A DNA stretch of 64,000 nt from an uncultured Alphaproteobacteria bacterium (GCA_934229625.1 CAKQDU010000001.1:83078-147077), one strand, 5' to 3'; numbered from the stretch's first letter, positions 10,397-19,488 are shown. Notes: a model not told the origin generated them from the letters alone. Translations and numbers: made by a program.

Positions 10397-10742
10397 AATA
10401 ACTTCCTTTCACATTGAAATTACAACAAAAAAGCCGCCGATAAGGCAGCTGGAAGTTCGTAACTACTTACTGTAAAATAGTGTAGCATATTAGCTAAAAG
10501 ATAACATATTTTGCTACCTTCCAGCCGTTAAAGCTAGAAAATTTAACGTCCTAAAGACGTACAGTAATGAGGCTACGACACCCCAGACAGACTATTGCCT
10601 ATCCAAAAGTCATTTTAACGAAATATTACATAAAAGTAAAGATGTTTTTCTTATTACAGCACATTGTTTTAGTAGTTGACTTATGGCGTAAGGCTGGTAT
10701 AGAATAAATGCTGTAATTAAACTAATTTAAGAGGAAAGAAAG

Positions 10743-10799
10743 ATGAAAAATAAGCTAAGCAAAGGTCTCTCTCTCTCTCTGCAAATCCTGAACATCTGA
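10743..10799 (+). CDS. 18-codon mini-ORF containing a (TC)7 tract, strong RBS
   Basis: AAGAGGAAAG SD 8 nt upstream of ATG. (TC)7T at 10766-10780 inside the ORF. Coding status uncertain. Confidence 0.2.
   Translation: MKNKLSKGLSLSLQILNI
10766..10780. repeat. (TC)7 dinucleotide microsatellite
   Basis: tctctctctctctct read directly from sequence. Confidence 0.9.
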
Positions 10800-11009
10800 T
10801 TAAAGGCGCTTTTTCTGCCGTTCAGCACGTTTTTACAGGGTTTGGCAGAAAAATTGATACTTTCGGAAATAACACATTAAAAAATAAAATAACAGGCGGC
10901 ACGTTTCCGCGCTTTTCCACCTCCACTTGCAACGTCATTCTTCGCCGGTACTCCCTGCCGGAAGTACCATGGCGGAGAATCCATAATGTCATTGCGTATG
11001 CAATGGCAA

Positions 11010-11568
11010 GTTGCTGGATAACAAAGGCAAGTTCTTTAACATTGCCGCTAAAGATATTCCAAGCGGCCGCGGTTTTGGTCAGCCGGTGCGCCTGATGATA
11101 GATTTGGCAAACAATGACGATGTTGTGGCAATGTTTGTATATGAGGCTGGAACAAGCTATTTGATTGCTTCGGACAAAGGCTATGGCTTTATTGTTGATG
11201 AAAATCATTTACTGGCGCAAACTCGTAACGGGCGTAAAATTATGAATGTCGCCGATGATGAAAATATGAAATTTTGCTTGCCGATGACCGGAGATTATGT
11301 GGCTGTTGTTGGTGAAAATCGTCGTTTACTGGTGTTTAAAGCCGAGGAAATCCCAACTATGGCGCGCGGTCACGGTGTGTTGCTGCAAAAGTATAAGGAC
11401 GGCAATATATCGGATATTCAAATTTTCAAAGGCGAGGACGGTTTCAGCTATAACCGCGCCGGCGGAGTCAGTACCGAAAAAGAGCTTATTGGTTGGTTGG
11501 GACACCGCGCGCAGATTGGAAAAGTTGTTCCATTCGGATTTCCTAAAACAAACAAATTTTTCAAATAA
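11010..11568 (+). pseudogene. duplicated 3' fragment of parC (C-terminal 185 codons, no own start)
   Basis: 11010-11462 is identical to parC 9103-9555. The last ~100 bp carry mostly synonymous divergence. No ribosome-binding site or native start. Confidence 0.75.
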
Positions 11569-11577
11569 AATAAAAAA

Positions 11578-11612
11578 GTCTGCATTCTGTGCGCAGATTT
11601 TTTTTAAATTAT
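11578..11612 (+). terminator. candidate intrinsic terminator after the parC fragment
   Basis: gtctgc...gcagat hairpin followed by TTTTTTTT. Confidence 0.4.
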
Positions 11613-11625
11613 AATAAATCTGTGC

Positions 11626-12153
11626 TTGACAAAAATTAACAATATAGCTACTCTGACACATACAGAATGTATTATTAACTTTATATTTTTATTTATGGGA
11701 CAGTTATCTAAATTTGCGACGCCTATGCCTTTGGTATATGCTCATGGCAACAATCTTTTGATTGTTTCGGAATTGGATTTGTCAAATAAGGACAGTCTGA
11801 TTGGTATTAAACTGGACAGATTTACCTTGTCTTTAACGCAGGACAGGGTTTCTTGGTATAACGCCTATTGGATGATTGAGCAGAATTGCTTGCTGCACAA
11901 AACTCCGCGTTTGCCTGATGAAACAGACTGCTACGATATGATGCGCAATGTCGATAGAATCAATGCTACATTGCAAATTATCAAAGAACAGGGGATAAAG
12001 GCCGATTTGCTTGATGTAAATGGTATTTATTGGCTTCGTAATGAGTTTTCTCATATTAAATCATTTGCCTATATGATGAGAGAGAGACTTAAAACTTTGC
12101 GCGACAAGTTTGATGAAGATTCTTGTCTGGCAAGAGTGATTTGGTACAACTGA
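11626..12153 (+). CDS. hypothetical protein (true start possibly 11695 or 11722)
   Basis: 175-aa ORF divergent from the Y-family polymerase gene. No recognisable domain. Confidence 0.35.
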   Translation: MTKINNIATLTHTECIINFIFLFMGQLSKFATPMPLVYAHGNNLLIVSELDLSNKDSLIGIKLDRFTLSLTQDRVSWYNAYWMIEQNCLLHKTPRLPDETDCYDMMRNVDRINATLQIIKEQGIKADLLDVNGIYWLRNEFSHIKSFAYMMRERLKTLRDKFDEDSCLARVIWYN

Positions 12154-12161
12154 TTTTTCAA

Positions 12162-12200
12162 AAACTTTCGGTATATTCAAATACCGGAAGTTTTTTTGTA
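12162..12200. terminator. bidirectional hairpin terminator between convergent genes
   Basis: cttccggtat...ataccggaag perfect stem flanked by A-run and T-run. Confidence 0.6.
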
Positions 12201-12224
12201 GACAATCATAAAATGTTATTTTTA

Positions 12225-13376
12225 TCAAAATAACCCGTTTTTAACTATGTCTTTGCCAAATTTTTGTTCCAATTCATCTAAAACCTTGCTTATTTTATCA
12301 TCGTGATATTCCGGTTCGGCAAATAAAAACGGTTGAAAATCGGAACGGCTGAGCAGATGTTCCAGCATTACGCCGCTGCTGCGATATAAAACATTCGGAA
12401 GATATATTTTAGGCAACAGGCTTTGCGCCGCATTAAACAATTCTTGCTCTCCGTTGCAGGGTTGCGGTAATTTGGCATAAGTGCTGTAGACCTGAAAATC
12501 TTTGGTTCTTAACATAATTCCTACGACATTGCAAAAACAATCTTCTTCACGCATTTTACGTCCGGCGCAATGAACATGATGTTTTATAGAAGCGCGCAAG
12601 ACAGCCATATCAGAAGTGAATTTACTTAAAAAAGAAGTGCTTTGAATAGATTTCGGCAGACTTTTTAGAGTTTTAATTTTGTTTACGGCGTATCCTTGTA
12701 ATTCATATTTAAGATTCAGGCCATTTATACCCAAATTTTTACGTATCCAGCTATCATTTTGTTTTATAAATTCCAAACAGTTGAAAATTCCGTATATTTT
12801 CATTTTAGCTGTATTTTTCTGTCCAAAACCGCACACATCTTCAAGCGAAGTTTTTTCTAAAACAGATAATAGAGACGCCTGATTGATTAAGTAAACACCG
12901 CCGTTGTTTTTAGCTTTATCACTAGCCAGCTTAGCCAATAGTTTTGAACTGCTAACCCCGACAGAAACCGGAATTTTGCATTTATTCCAAACAGTTTGCC
13001 GTATATCTGTTGCCAGTTCGGTAAAATCTTTTTTATACAGTTTATCCAAGCCTTGCAGATTTAAATAAGCTTCATCTATAGAACAAACCTCTACATCGGG
13101 TGTAAATTCTCTTAAACAATTCATAACTTTCGCGGAGTATTCTTCATAACGTGAATGCCGTCCTTTCAGATAAATTGCGGATGGAAATTTTTTTTTAGCC
13201 ATAAAATATGGTTCGCCCATTTTTATTCCCAAAGTTTTAGCTTCTCTTGAACGAGAAACTACACAGCCGTTTCCGCCTGATATAACGCATAATGCTTTAC
13301 CTTGTAAATCGGGATTATCAGCCTGTTCGCAAGAAACAAAAAAACTATCGCAGTCCACTAATGCAATTTTTGACAT
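12225..13376 (-). CDS. Y-family DNA polymerase (UmuC/DinB-like)
   Basis: 383 aa. IALVDCDSFFVSCE, GNGCVVSRSREAK..GIKMGEPYF and SIDEAYLNL catalytic-core motifs. The N-terminus resembles UmuC more than DinB. Confidence 0.8.
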   Translation of the reverse strand: MSKIALVDCDSFFVSCEQADNPDLQGKALCVISGGNGCVVSRSREAKTLGIKMGEPYFMAKKKFPSAIYLKGRHSRYEEYSAKVMNCLREFTPDVEVCSIDEAYLNLQGLDKLYKKDFTELATDIRQTVWNKCKIPVSVGVSSSKLLAKLASDKAKNNGGVYLINQASLLSVLEKTSLEDVCGFGQKNTAKMKIYGIFNCLEFIKQNDSWIRKNLGINGLNLKYELQGYAVNKIKTLKSLPKSIQSTSFLSKFTSDMAVLRASIKHHVHCAGRKMREEDCFCNVVGIMLRTKDFQVYSTYAKLPQPCNGEQELFNAAQSLLPKIYLPNVLYRSSGVMLEHLLSRSDFQPFLFAEPEYHDDKISKVLDELEQKFGKDIVKNGLF

Positions 13377-13502
13377 GTTACACCTATGTTCTAATTTTGT
13401 TCTATAATAAACAGAATATAGCGGATGTCAAGTTTTGTTTTATTTTTGTATAAATATTCATTAAATATATCAATAAATCAATAAGCTATTGTGTGTCAAA
13501 AA

Positions 13503-13680
13503 GTGTGTAAAAAAAACGACCGTTTAAAATGGACAGTTTTTAGGCTGTTTTTTATAGTCTAGCAAAGGTTGCCGGAATTTGCAATAACTTTTTATATTTG
13601 CGATGTTTTTTGTGGTTTTGTAAGAATTATCAGCGTCTTATTCTGAGTGTGTAAAAATAACGGTCGTTTTTTTTACACAA
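13503..13680 (+). repeat. 178-bp conserved upstream element bounded by 22-bp inverted repeats (gtgtgtaaaaaaaacgaccgtt / aacggtcgttttttttacacaa); second copy reverse-complemented at 59746-59923
   Basis: Direct comparison of the two loci gives about 99% identity. The right end also forms a perfect hairpin just upstream of the RBS. Confidence 0.8.
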
Positions 13681-13695
13681 TTGAGGAGGAATAAG

Positions 13696-14424
13696 ATGTT
13701 TGATGGTATAGAATTTTTCAAAGGAAAGAGCAGAGGTGAGGGTTCTGGAGTGCTTTGCGTTGCTCGCAATGACGTTTGCTCTGCCGGTCGGTCAATGATA
13801 GAAATGCTCGGCGTATTGGCAATTGTCGGCGTGTTAAGCGTTGGCGGCATCGCCGGCTACTCCAAAGCGATGGAAAAGTTTAAGCTTAGTAAGGCTCTGG
13901 ATGAATACAGCTATCTTATTTATGGGTTGCTGGAACACTTAGATGAAATTAAATATTCCACTAAATCAGGAGATGGAAATGCTACTCCTGTTGTGGAATT
14001 AGCTAACAATTTGAATTTGGTTCCTCCGACATGGACAATGATAGCAAACAATCTTGATGTTCGTCATAAAAATTTATTTGAAGACCCATATAACAATCTT
14101 TTATCTATTTACTCAAAAGACGGAAATTTGCGTTTTGATTTTATTTTAGGCGGTTCGCAATTTCCGGACGAAGGCTCTTGGATAACTGAAAATTTTTCAA
14201 CCAAATTCTGTATGGAATTGGTAAACAATGTTGTCAAACCATTGCATTCTTCTTTGGAATTTTTATTTTTTTACAGGTCAAAAGGAAGCTCATCCACTTT
14301 TTATGGTGATAAAAAGTGTTCTTCCGGCCGCAAATGTTTGAGTGATATCAGTATAAAAGAAGTGTATGATAATTGCAAACGTTGCTCAAAAAAAGAAGTT
14401 TGTTCCGTAACTATAGACTTTTAA
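13696..14424 (+). CDS. type IVb-like prepilin paralog P2 with 31-aa leader
   Basis: Strong SD GAGGAGGA before the ATG at 13696. Leader ends ...CSAG then RSMIEMLGVLAIVGVLSVGG. Conserved EYSYLIYGLLEHL and the C-terminal 5-Cys motif ending TIDF. Confidence 0.7.
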   Translation: MFDGIEFFKGKSRGEGSGVLCVARNDVCSAGRSMIEMLGVLAIVGVLSVGGIAGYSKAMEKFKLSKALDEYSYLIYGLLEHLDEIKYSTKSGDGNATPVVELANNLNLVPPTWTMIANNLDVRHKNLFEDPYNNLLSIYSKDGNLRFDFILGGSQFPDEGSWITENFSTKFCMELVNNVVKPLHSSLEFLFFYRSKGSSSTFYGDKKCSSGRKCLSDISIKEVYDNCKRCSKKEVCSVTIDF

Positions 14425-14465
14425 ATTGTATATATTAAATTTTTTTCAAAAAAATGTCTTATACA

Positions 14466-14494
14466 CTTGCATAGGCAAAAATCGCTCCCTATAT
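14466..14494 (+). promoter_or_regulatory. sigma-32-like heat-shock promoter upstream of dnaK
   Basis: CTTGCAT - 14 nt - CCCTATAT resembles CTTGAAA-N13-15-CCCCATNT. Positioned 35 nt upstream of the dnaK RBS. Confidence 0.45.
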
Positions 14495-14529
14495 ACATTT
14501 TTAGAAATGAAAAAGGAGGATTTAAAATT

Positions 14530-16446
14530 ATGAGTAATAAAGTTATAGGTATTGACCTCGGTACAACAAACTCTTGCTTTGCCGTTATGGAAGGCAAAGA
14601 TGCAAAAGTTTTGGAAAACTCCGAAGGCGCACGCACAACGCCGTCTATGGTTGCTTTTACAGATACTGAGCGTTTGGTTGGTTATCCGGCAAAACGTCAG
14701 GCTGTTACCAATCCGGAAAATACCTTGTTTGCTATTAAAAGATTGATTGGCCGTCGTTATGATTCGGCAGAAGTAGAAAAATTTAAGGAACATTGTCCGT
14801 TTAAGATTGTTCCGGGTGACAATGGTGATGCTTGGGTAGAAGTTAAAGGGCAAAAATATGCTCCGTCTCAAATTTCGGCTATCGTTTTGCAAAAAATTAA
14901 GGAATATGCCGAGAGCTATTTGGGCGAAAAAGTAGAAAAAGCTGTTATTACTGTACCGGCTTACTTCAACGACTCTCAGCGTCAGGCTACTAAAGACGCC
15001 GGTAAAATTGCCGGATTGGAAGTTTTGCGTATTATCAACGAGCCGACAGCTGCCGCTTTGGCTTATGGTATGGATAAAAAAGCTTCCGGCACAATCGTTG
15101 TTTATGACCTCGGCGGCGGTACATTCGATGTTTCTATTTTGGAAATCGGCGACGGTGTGTTTGAAGTTAAAGCTACAAACGGCGATACATTCTTGGGCGG
15201 TGAAGACTTTGACCAACGTATTGTCAACTATTTGGCTGATGAGTTCAAAAAAGAAAACGGCATTGACCTGCGCGGCGACAGACTTGCCTTGCAACGTTTG
15301 AAAGAAGCTGCTGAAAAAGCTAAAATTGAATTGTCTTCAACAACTCAAACAGAAATCAATTTGCCGTTTATTACTGCGGATTCAACAGGTCCTAAACACC
15401 TGAACATCAAATTAACCCGCGCTAAATTGGAATCTTTGGTCGATGATTTGATTGAAAAAACAGCTATTCCTTGCCAGAAAGCTTTAGCCGATGCCGGATT
15501 AAAAGCCAGCGACATCAGCGAAGTTATTTTGGTCGGCGGTATGACTCGTATGCCGAAAGTTCAAGAAAAAGTTAAAGAAATTTTTGGACGCGAACCGCAT
15601 AAAGGCGTAAACCCTGATGAAGTTGTGGCTGTTGGTGCAGCTATTCAAGGCGGCGTGTTGATGGGCGATGTCAAAGACGTGTTGCTGTTGGATGTTACCC
15701 CATTGTCTTTGGGTATTGAAACTTTGGGCGGCGTGTTTACTCGTTTGATTGACCGTAACACCACTATTCCGACCAGAAAATCTCAAGTATTCTCTACAGC
15801 CGAAGATGGGCAAACAGCTGTGACAATCAGAGTGTTCCAGGGCGAGCGTGAAATTGCCGCACACAACAAATTGCTTGGCCAGTTTGATTTGGTAGGTATT
15901 CCGCCTGCACCTCGCGGTATGCCGCAAATTGAGGTAACTTTTGATATTGACGCCAACGGTATTGTAAACGTATCGGCCAAAGATAAGGCTACCAACAAAG
16001 AGCAAGCCATTCGTATTCAGGCTTCCGGCGGTTTGAGCGATGCCGAAATTGACCAAATGGTTAAAGACGCTGAAGCCAATGCCGAGTCTGATAAAAAGCA
16101 AAAAGAATTGGTAGATGCTAAAAACCGTGCCGAAAGTCTGGTTCATGAAGTTGAAAAGAACTTGAAAGAATTTGGCGACAAGGTTGCCGAAGCTGATAAA
16201 AACAGCATTACAGCCGCTGTCGATGCCGTAAAAGCCAGCATGGAAAAAGAAGACCTTGAAGACTTGAAGTCCAAGACCGACGCTTTGATGCAGGCTTCTA
16301 TGAAACTGGGAGAAGCTATGTATAAAACACAGCAGGCTCAAGGCGCTCAAGGTGCGGCACAGGGTGCTGATACCGGTGCGGCTTCCGGCGAACAGCCAAA
16401 GAAAGATGACAACGTAGTTGACGCTGATTTTGAAGAAGTTAAATAA
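14530..16446 (+). CDS. dnaK: molecular chaperone DnaK (Hsp70)
   Basis: [23 protein letters not shown] and [17 protein letters not shown] motifs. RBS AAGGAGG. Start chosen at 14530, not the ORF-track 14467. Confidence 0.95.
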   Translation: MSNKVIGIDLGTTNSCFAVMEGKDAKVLENSEGARTTPSMVAFTDTERLVGYPAKRQAVTNPENTLFAIKRLIGRRYDSAEVEKFKEHCPFKIVPGDNGDAWVEVKGQKYAPSQISAIVLQKIKEYAESYLGEKVEKAVITVPAYFNDSQRQATKDAGKIAGLEVLRIINEPTAAALAYGMDKKASGTIVVYDLGGGTFDVSILEIGDGVFEVKATNGDTFLGGEDFDQRIVNYLADEFKKENGIDLRGDRLALQRLKEAAEKAKIELSSTTQTEINLPFITADSTGPKHLNIKLTRAKLESLVDDLIEKTAIPCQKALADAGLKASDISEVILVGGMTRMPKVQEKVKEIFGREPHKGVNPDEVVAVGAAIQGGVLMGDVKDVLLLDVTPLSLGIETLGGVFTRLIDRNTTIPTRKSQVFSTAEDGQTAVTIRVFQGEREIAAHNKLLGQFDLVGIPPAPRGMPQIEVTFDIDANGIVNVSAKDKATNKEQAIRIQASGGLSDAEIDQMVKDAEANAESDKKQKELVDAKNRAESLVHEVEKNLKEFGDKVAEADKNSITAAVDAVKASMEKEDLEDLKSKTDALMQASMKLGEAMYKTQQAQGAQGAAQGADTGAASGEQPKKDDNVVDADFEEVK

Positions 16447-16468
16447 CGTTGCTTTGTTAAAGAAAATA

Positions 16469-16501
16469 TCCGTTTCAGCAATGAAACGGGTATTTTTTTT
16501 T
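16469..16501 (+). terminator. intrinsic terminator after dnaK
   Basis: ccgtttcagcaatgaaacgg hairpin followed by a T-run of 10. Confidence 0.7.
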
Positions 16502-16506
16502 GCTTG

Positions 16507-16568
16507 TTGACATTTATCCTGAAAAACATATACTAAGCTAAATGTTAAATTTTTAATTCTTAATTTTT
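16507..16568 (+). promoter_or_regulatory. promoter TTGACA-N16-TATACT with type-2 leader (TTAAATTTTTAATTCTTAATTTTTATG)
   Basis: The leader is closely related to the leaders of the genes at 24558 and 25385. Confidence 0.45.
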
Positions 16569-17189
16569 ATGACAAACAATATTATTAAATTTTCGCAGAA
16601 AAACATCCCGAAAATTAAAGCCGGTATGTTTTGGTATGATGACGACACTTTTTCAGCTGATTTAATTGCAGATAAAAAAGTTAAAGCCGTCGTTGAGTTG
16701 GTGGATACGAGCTTAGGTGTTGTTTATGGCGACATTTTAATACCTGATAAAAAAATGAAGTGGGCTAAAGCTGAAAAATATATTGAATTTTTCAACGAAT
16801 ATACCCGAACGGATGATTATTGGGTAAGAAAGGTTTTGTGCGAATATATGGTAAGTATATTTGCAGAAGATGACATGCAGCGCTACATTTTTGAATTTGT
16901 CAGAAGTAAGCACGTTGGTTCGCCAAATGCAAAAATCTGTTTATATGATGATTTTCAGTATCTTGATGTAAAATCTTCTGCCTATAAAATCAAAGCGGCT
17001 TTTGAAAAATTGCATAAAACTTCTCGTTTTGATAAAGTGAAAGGCTTTTTCAAAATAGCGCGGAAAAGAAATTATTGGACTGAAACAGCCGGAAAAAGAG
17101 AACGGTGGAATTTGGCTTTTGTACCGTCCATTGCCGGAAGAAAAATGTATGTTCGTCCGGTTTTGGCAATGGCTGTTTTTGAGTGGTAA
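16569..17189 (+). CDS. hypothetical protein occupying the position usually taken by dnaJ
   Basis: 206 aa, no recognisable domain. Own promoter and a terminator at 17196-17231. Confidence 0.45.
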   Translation: MTNNIIKFSQKNIPKIKAGMFWYDDDTFSADLIADKKVKAVVELVDTSLGVVYGDILIPDKKMKWAKAEKYIEFFNEYTRTDDYWVRKVLCEYMVSIFAEDDMQRYIFEFVRSKHVGSPNAKICLYDDFQYLDVKSSAYKIKAAFEKLHKTSRFDKVKGFFKIARKRNYWTETAGKRERWNLAFVPSIAGRKMYVRPVLAMAVFEW

Positions 17190-17195
17190 GTAATA

Positions 17196-17231
17196 AACAG
17201 TTCTGAAATTTGATTTTCAGAGCTGTTTTTG
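17196..17231 (+). terminator. intrinsic terminator
   Basis: acagttctgaaa...tttcagagctgt hairpin plus TTTTT. Confidence 0.6.
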
Positions 17232-17522
17232 CTTAAAAATTGAACATTGCGCTGAAAAAATCTTGTAATGGCGTGAAAAAAATCGTTATTCAGGCAACAA
17301 AATAATGTGAAACTTGTCACAGACACAGCAGACTCCCAAAAAGTAATGAGCATATTAGACTTTTGTACAGGTTATTAAAAAAAAGATTGCTTTATATAAT
17401 AATATATTATATATTCTCTATTAAGAGCTTATTTTGCGGTGTGATATGTGCCGCTTAACTGTCGCAAGTTAATAATTCAGAGAGCTTTTAATATTCCCTT
17501 AAAGGGAATACATCTCCAACAG

Positions 17523-17638
17523 CGGGGAGTCTTACATATATGTACAAAAAGTGTTAATCGGTTCTGACACTTTTAAAGATGTAAGAAATCAATCTGAATT
17601 ATGATTTGCGAACTCCCCGACCTTTGCGGGTAATTTTT
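17523..17638 (+). ncRNA. candidate structured cis-regulatory leader (nested stems, terminator/antiterminator overlap) upstream of the MATE pump
   Basis: Outer stem cggggagt (17523-17530) pairs with actccccg (17612-17619). Inner stems cttacat/atgtaag and aaaagtgt/acactttt. Terminator-like cccgacctttgcggg plus taattttt shares bases with the outer stem. Confidence 0.35.
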
Positions 17639-17747
17639 AAAAGTTACTTATGTAGTGCAAAATATAAGGAATATGTTTTATCAGGCAGTAGGGTAAAATC
17701 AATTTTTTATCCGTTTTTTTATATTTAAATTAGCTTATGGTGATTTT

Positions 17748-19085
17748 ATGAATTTAGGAACAGACAAAGTAACTCCCTTGTTTTTGCATATTTTTATTCC
17801 AACATTGCTGGGAATGGTCAGCATTTGCGCTCTGACAGCCATAGATGGAATGTTTGTCGGTCACAGTATTGGCAGTGATGGTATTGCCGCGGTTAATATA
17901 ACAGCTCCGCTGTTTATGATATTTACGGGTATAGGACTTATGTCTGGCATTGGAAGTTCGGTAGTGGCCTCGCTGGCTTTAGCTAATGGAAAAATAAAAG
18001 CTGCGCGCATAAATGTAACACAATCTATGTTGTTTGTTTCAATTTTTTCTTTAATATTATCAGGTTTAATATTTGTTTTTCCGGATAAAACTGCTTATTT
18101 ATTGGGCGCTTCTGATACTTTGCTGGATTATGTTAAGACCTATTTACTGTGGTTGTTGCCATCATTTCTTTTTTTAATGTGGTCGTCATTAGGATTGTTT
18201 ATCATTCGTTTGGACGGCGCGCCCAAACTTGCTATGTGGTTTACGGTTATAGAAGCTGTTACCAACACATTTTTAGATTGGCTTTTTATGTTTCCTTTGA
18301 AATTGGGGATTATGGGGGCCGCGTTGGCTTCTACAATATCCATAATTATCGGAGGAACTTTGGCGCTCGGTTATTTACTTTATAGGGCAAAAACTCTGCG
18401 GTTATGTCCAATCAGACGTTTTTCATTGTTTTTCAGTTGCATAGCCAATCAATGCCGTATCGGCTCATCGGCGATGCTTGGAGAAGGCGCAATGGCTGTT
18501 TTGATGTTTGTCGGAAATCAGATTTTTATGCAATATTTAGGAAACAATGGTGTCGGAGCGTTTGGCGTATGCTGTTATTATACACCTTTTGTATTTATGG
18601 TTGGCAATGCCGTTGCGCAATCCGTTCAGCCGATAATCAGCTTTAATCACGGAATTTCAGAAACGGCGAGAGTTCAATCGGCCATAAAAACAGCGTTACA
18701 GACATCTTTATTATTCGGGTTGCTGACAACATTTATATTTATGTTTTTTCCGGATGTTTTGGTTGGTTTATTTTTACAAACGGAAAATCCGGCAGCCGAG
18801 CTTTCAATATCCGGTTTTCCTTATTTTGCCATCGGTTTTACATTTTTTATCTTAAATCTTACTTCCATAGGCTATTTTCAGAGCCTTGAAAAAATACAAC
18901 AAGCTGTGCTTTTTGCGATATTGCGCGGATTTGTTTTTTTGGTTCCGTCATTTGTTTTGTTGCCAAAAGTTTTGGGCATACAAGGAATTTGGCTGGCGAT
19001 GCCTATGTCAGAATGCTTGACTTTTGCTATGATTGCGCTGTATTATCTGAAACAGCATTATCAGCAGAGAACGGAGAAAAAATGA
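17748..19085 (+). CDS. MATE-family multidrug efflux transporter
   Basis: 445 aa, about 12 TM helices, typical MATE (NorM-like) duplicated topology. Confidence 0.8.
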   Translation: MNLGTDKVTPLFLHIFIPTLLGMVSICALTAIDGMFVGHSIGSDGIAAVNITAPLFMIFTGIGLMSGIGSSVVASLALANGKIKAARINVTQSMLFVSIFSLILSGLIFVFPDKTAYLLGASDTLLDYVKTYLLWLLPSFLFLMWSSLGLFIIRLDGAPKLAMWFTVIEAVTNTFLDWLFMFPLKLGIMGAALASTISIIIGGTLALGYLLYRAKTLRLCPIRRFSLFFSCIANQCRIGSSAMLGEGAMAVLMFVGNQIFMQYLGNNGVGAFGVCCYYTPFVFMVGNAVAQSVQPIISFNHGISETARVQSAIKTALQTSLLFGLLTTFIFMFFPDVLVGLFLQTENPAAELSISGFPYFAIGFTFFILNLTSIGYFQSLEKIQQAVLFAILRGFVFLVPSFVLLPKVLGIQGIWLAMPMSECLTFAMIALYYLKQHYQQRTEKK

Positions 19086-19453
19086 GGGTTTTGCTATCAA
19101 TAAAACCTAAATATGCTGAAAAAATTTTCAGCGGTGTAAAACGTTACGAGTTTCGTAAACAGGCATTTAAAAAACCTGTGGATGTTGTTGTTTTATACGC
19201 GACTAAACCGGTTGGCAAAATTGTCGGAGAATTCAGGCTTAAAAGCATACTTCAAGGTTCTCCGGATGAAATTTGGCAGAAGACAGCGCAATTTTCGGGA
19301 ATCAGCCGTGATTTTTTTGATAGATATTATAAAAATCATAAACGAGCGTATGCTTTAGAAATTGAACACCCCGTACAATATAAAAGACCTATAAAACCTT
19401 TTGAATTTATGGCTGATTTTACGGCTCCGCAAACATATAGATATATTCCGTGA
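19082..19453 (+). CDS. ASCH-domain protein
   Basis: 123 aa starting MRVLLSIKPKYAEKIFSGVKRYEFRK, a PUA-like ASCH fold signature. ATGA overlap with the MATE stop. Confidence 0.55.
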   Translation: MRVLLSIKPKYAEKIFSGVKRYEFRKQAFKKPVDVVVLYATKPVGKIVGEFRLKSILQGSPDEIWQKTAQFSGISRDFFDRYYKNHKRAYALEIEHPVQYKRPIKPFEFMADFTAPQTYRYIP

Positions 19454-19459
19454 AATTTG

Positions 19460-19488
19460 TTGACGATAAAAATAAAATTTGGTAATAT
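19460..19488 (+). promoter_or_regulatory. sigma-70-like promoter TTGACG-N17-TAATAT for the arsR-family gene
   Basis: Read directly. It lies inside the N-terminal extension of ORF-track 19457, so the true start is placed at 19511. Confidence 0.5.

Noticed and set aside
13560-13600. Possible sigma-54 promoter (GGTTGCCGGAATTTGCA) in the conserved pilin upstream element
   Set aside because: GG and GC dinucleotides are spaced 12 nt rather than the required 10 nt. Not a credible -24/-12 promoter.
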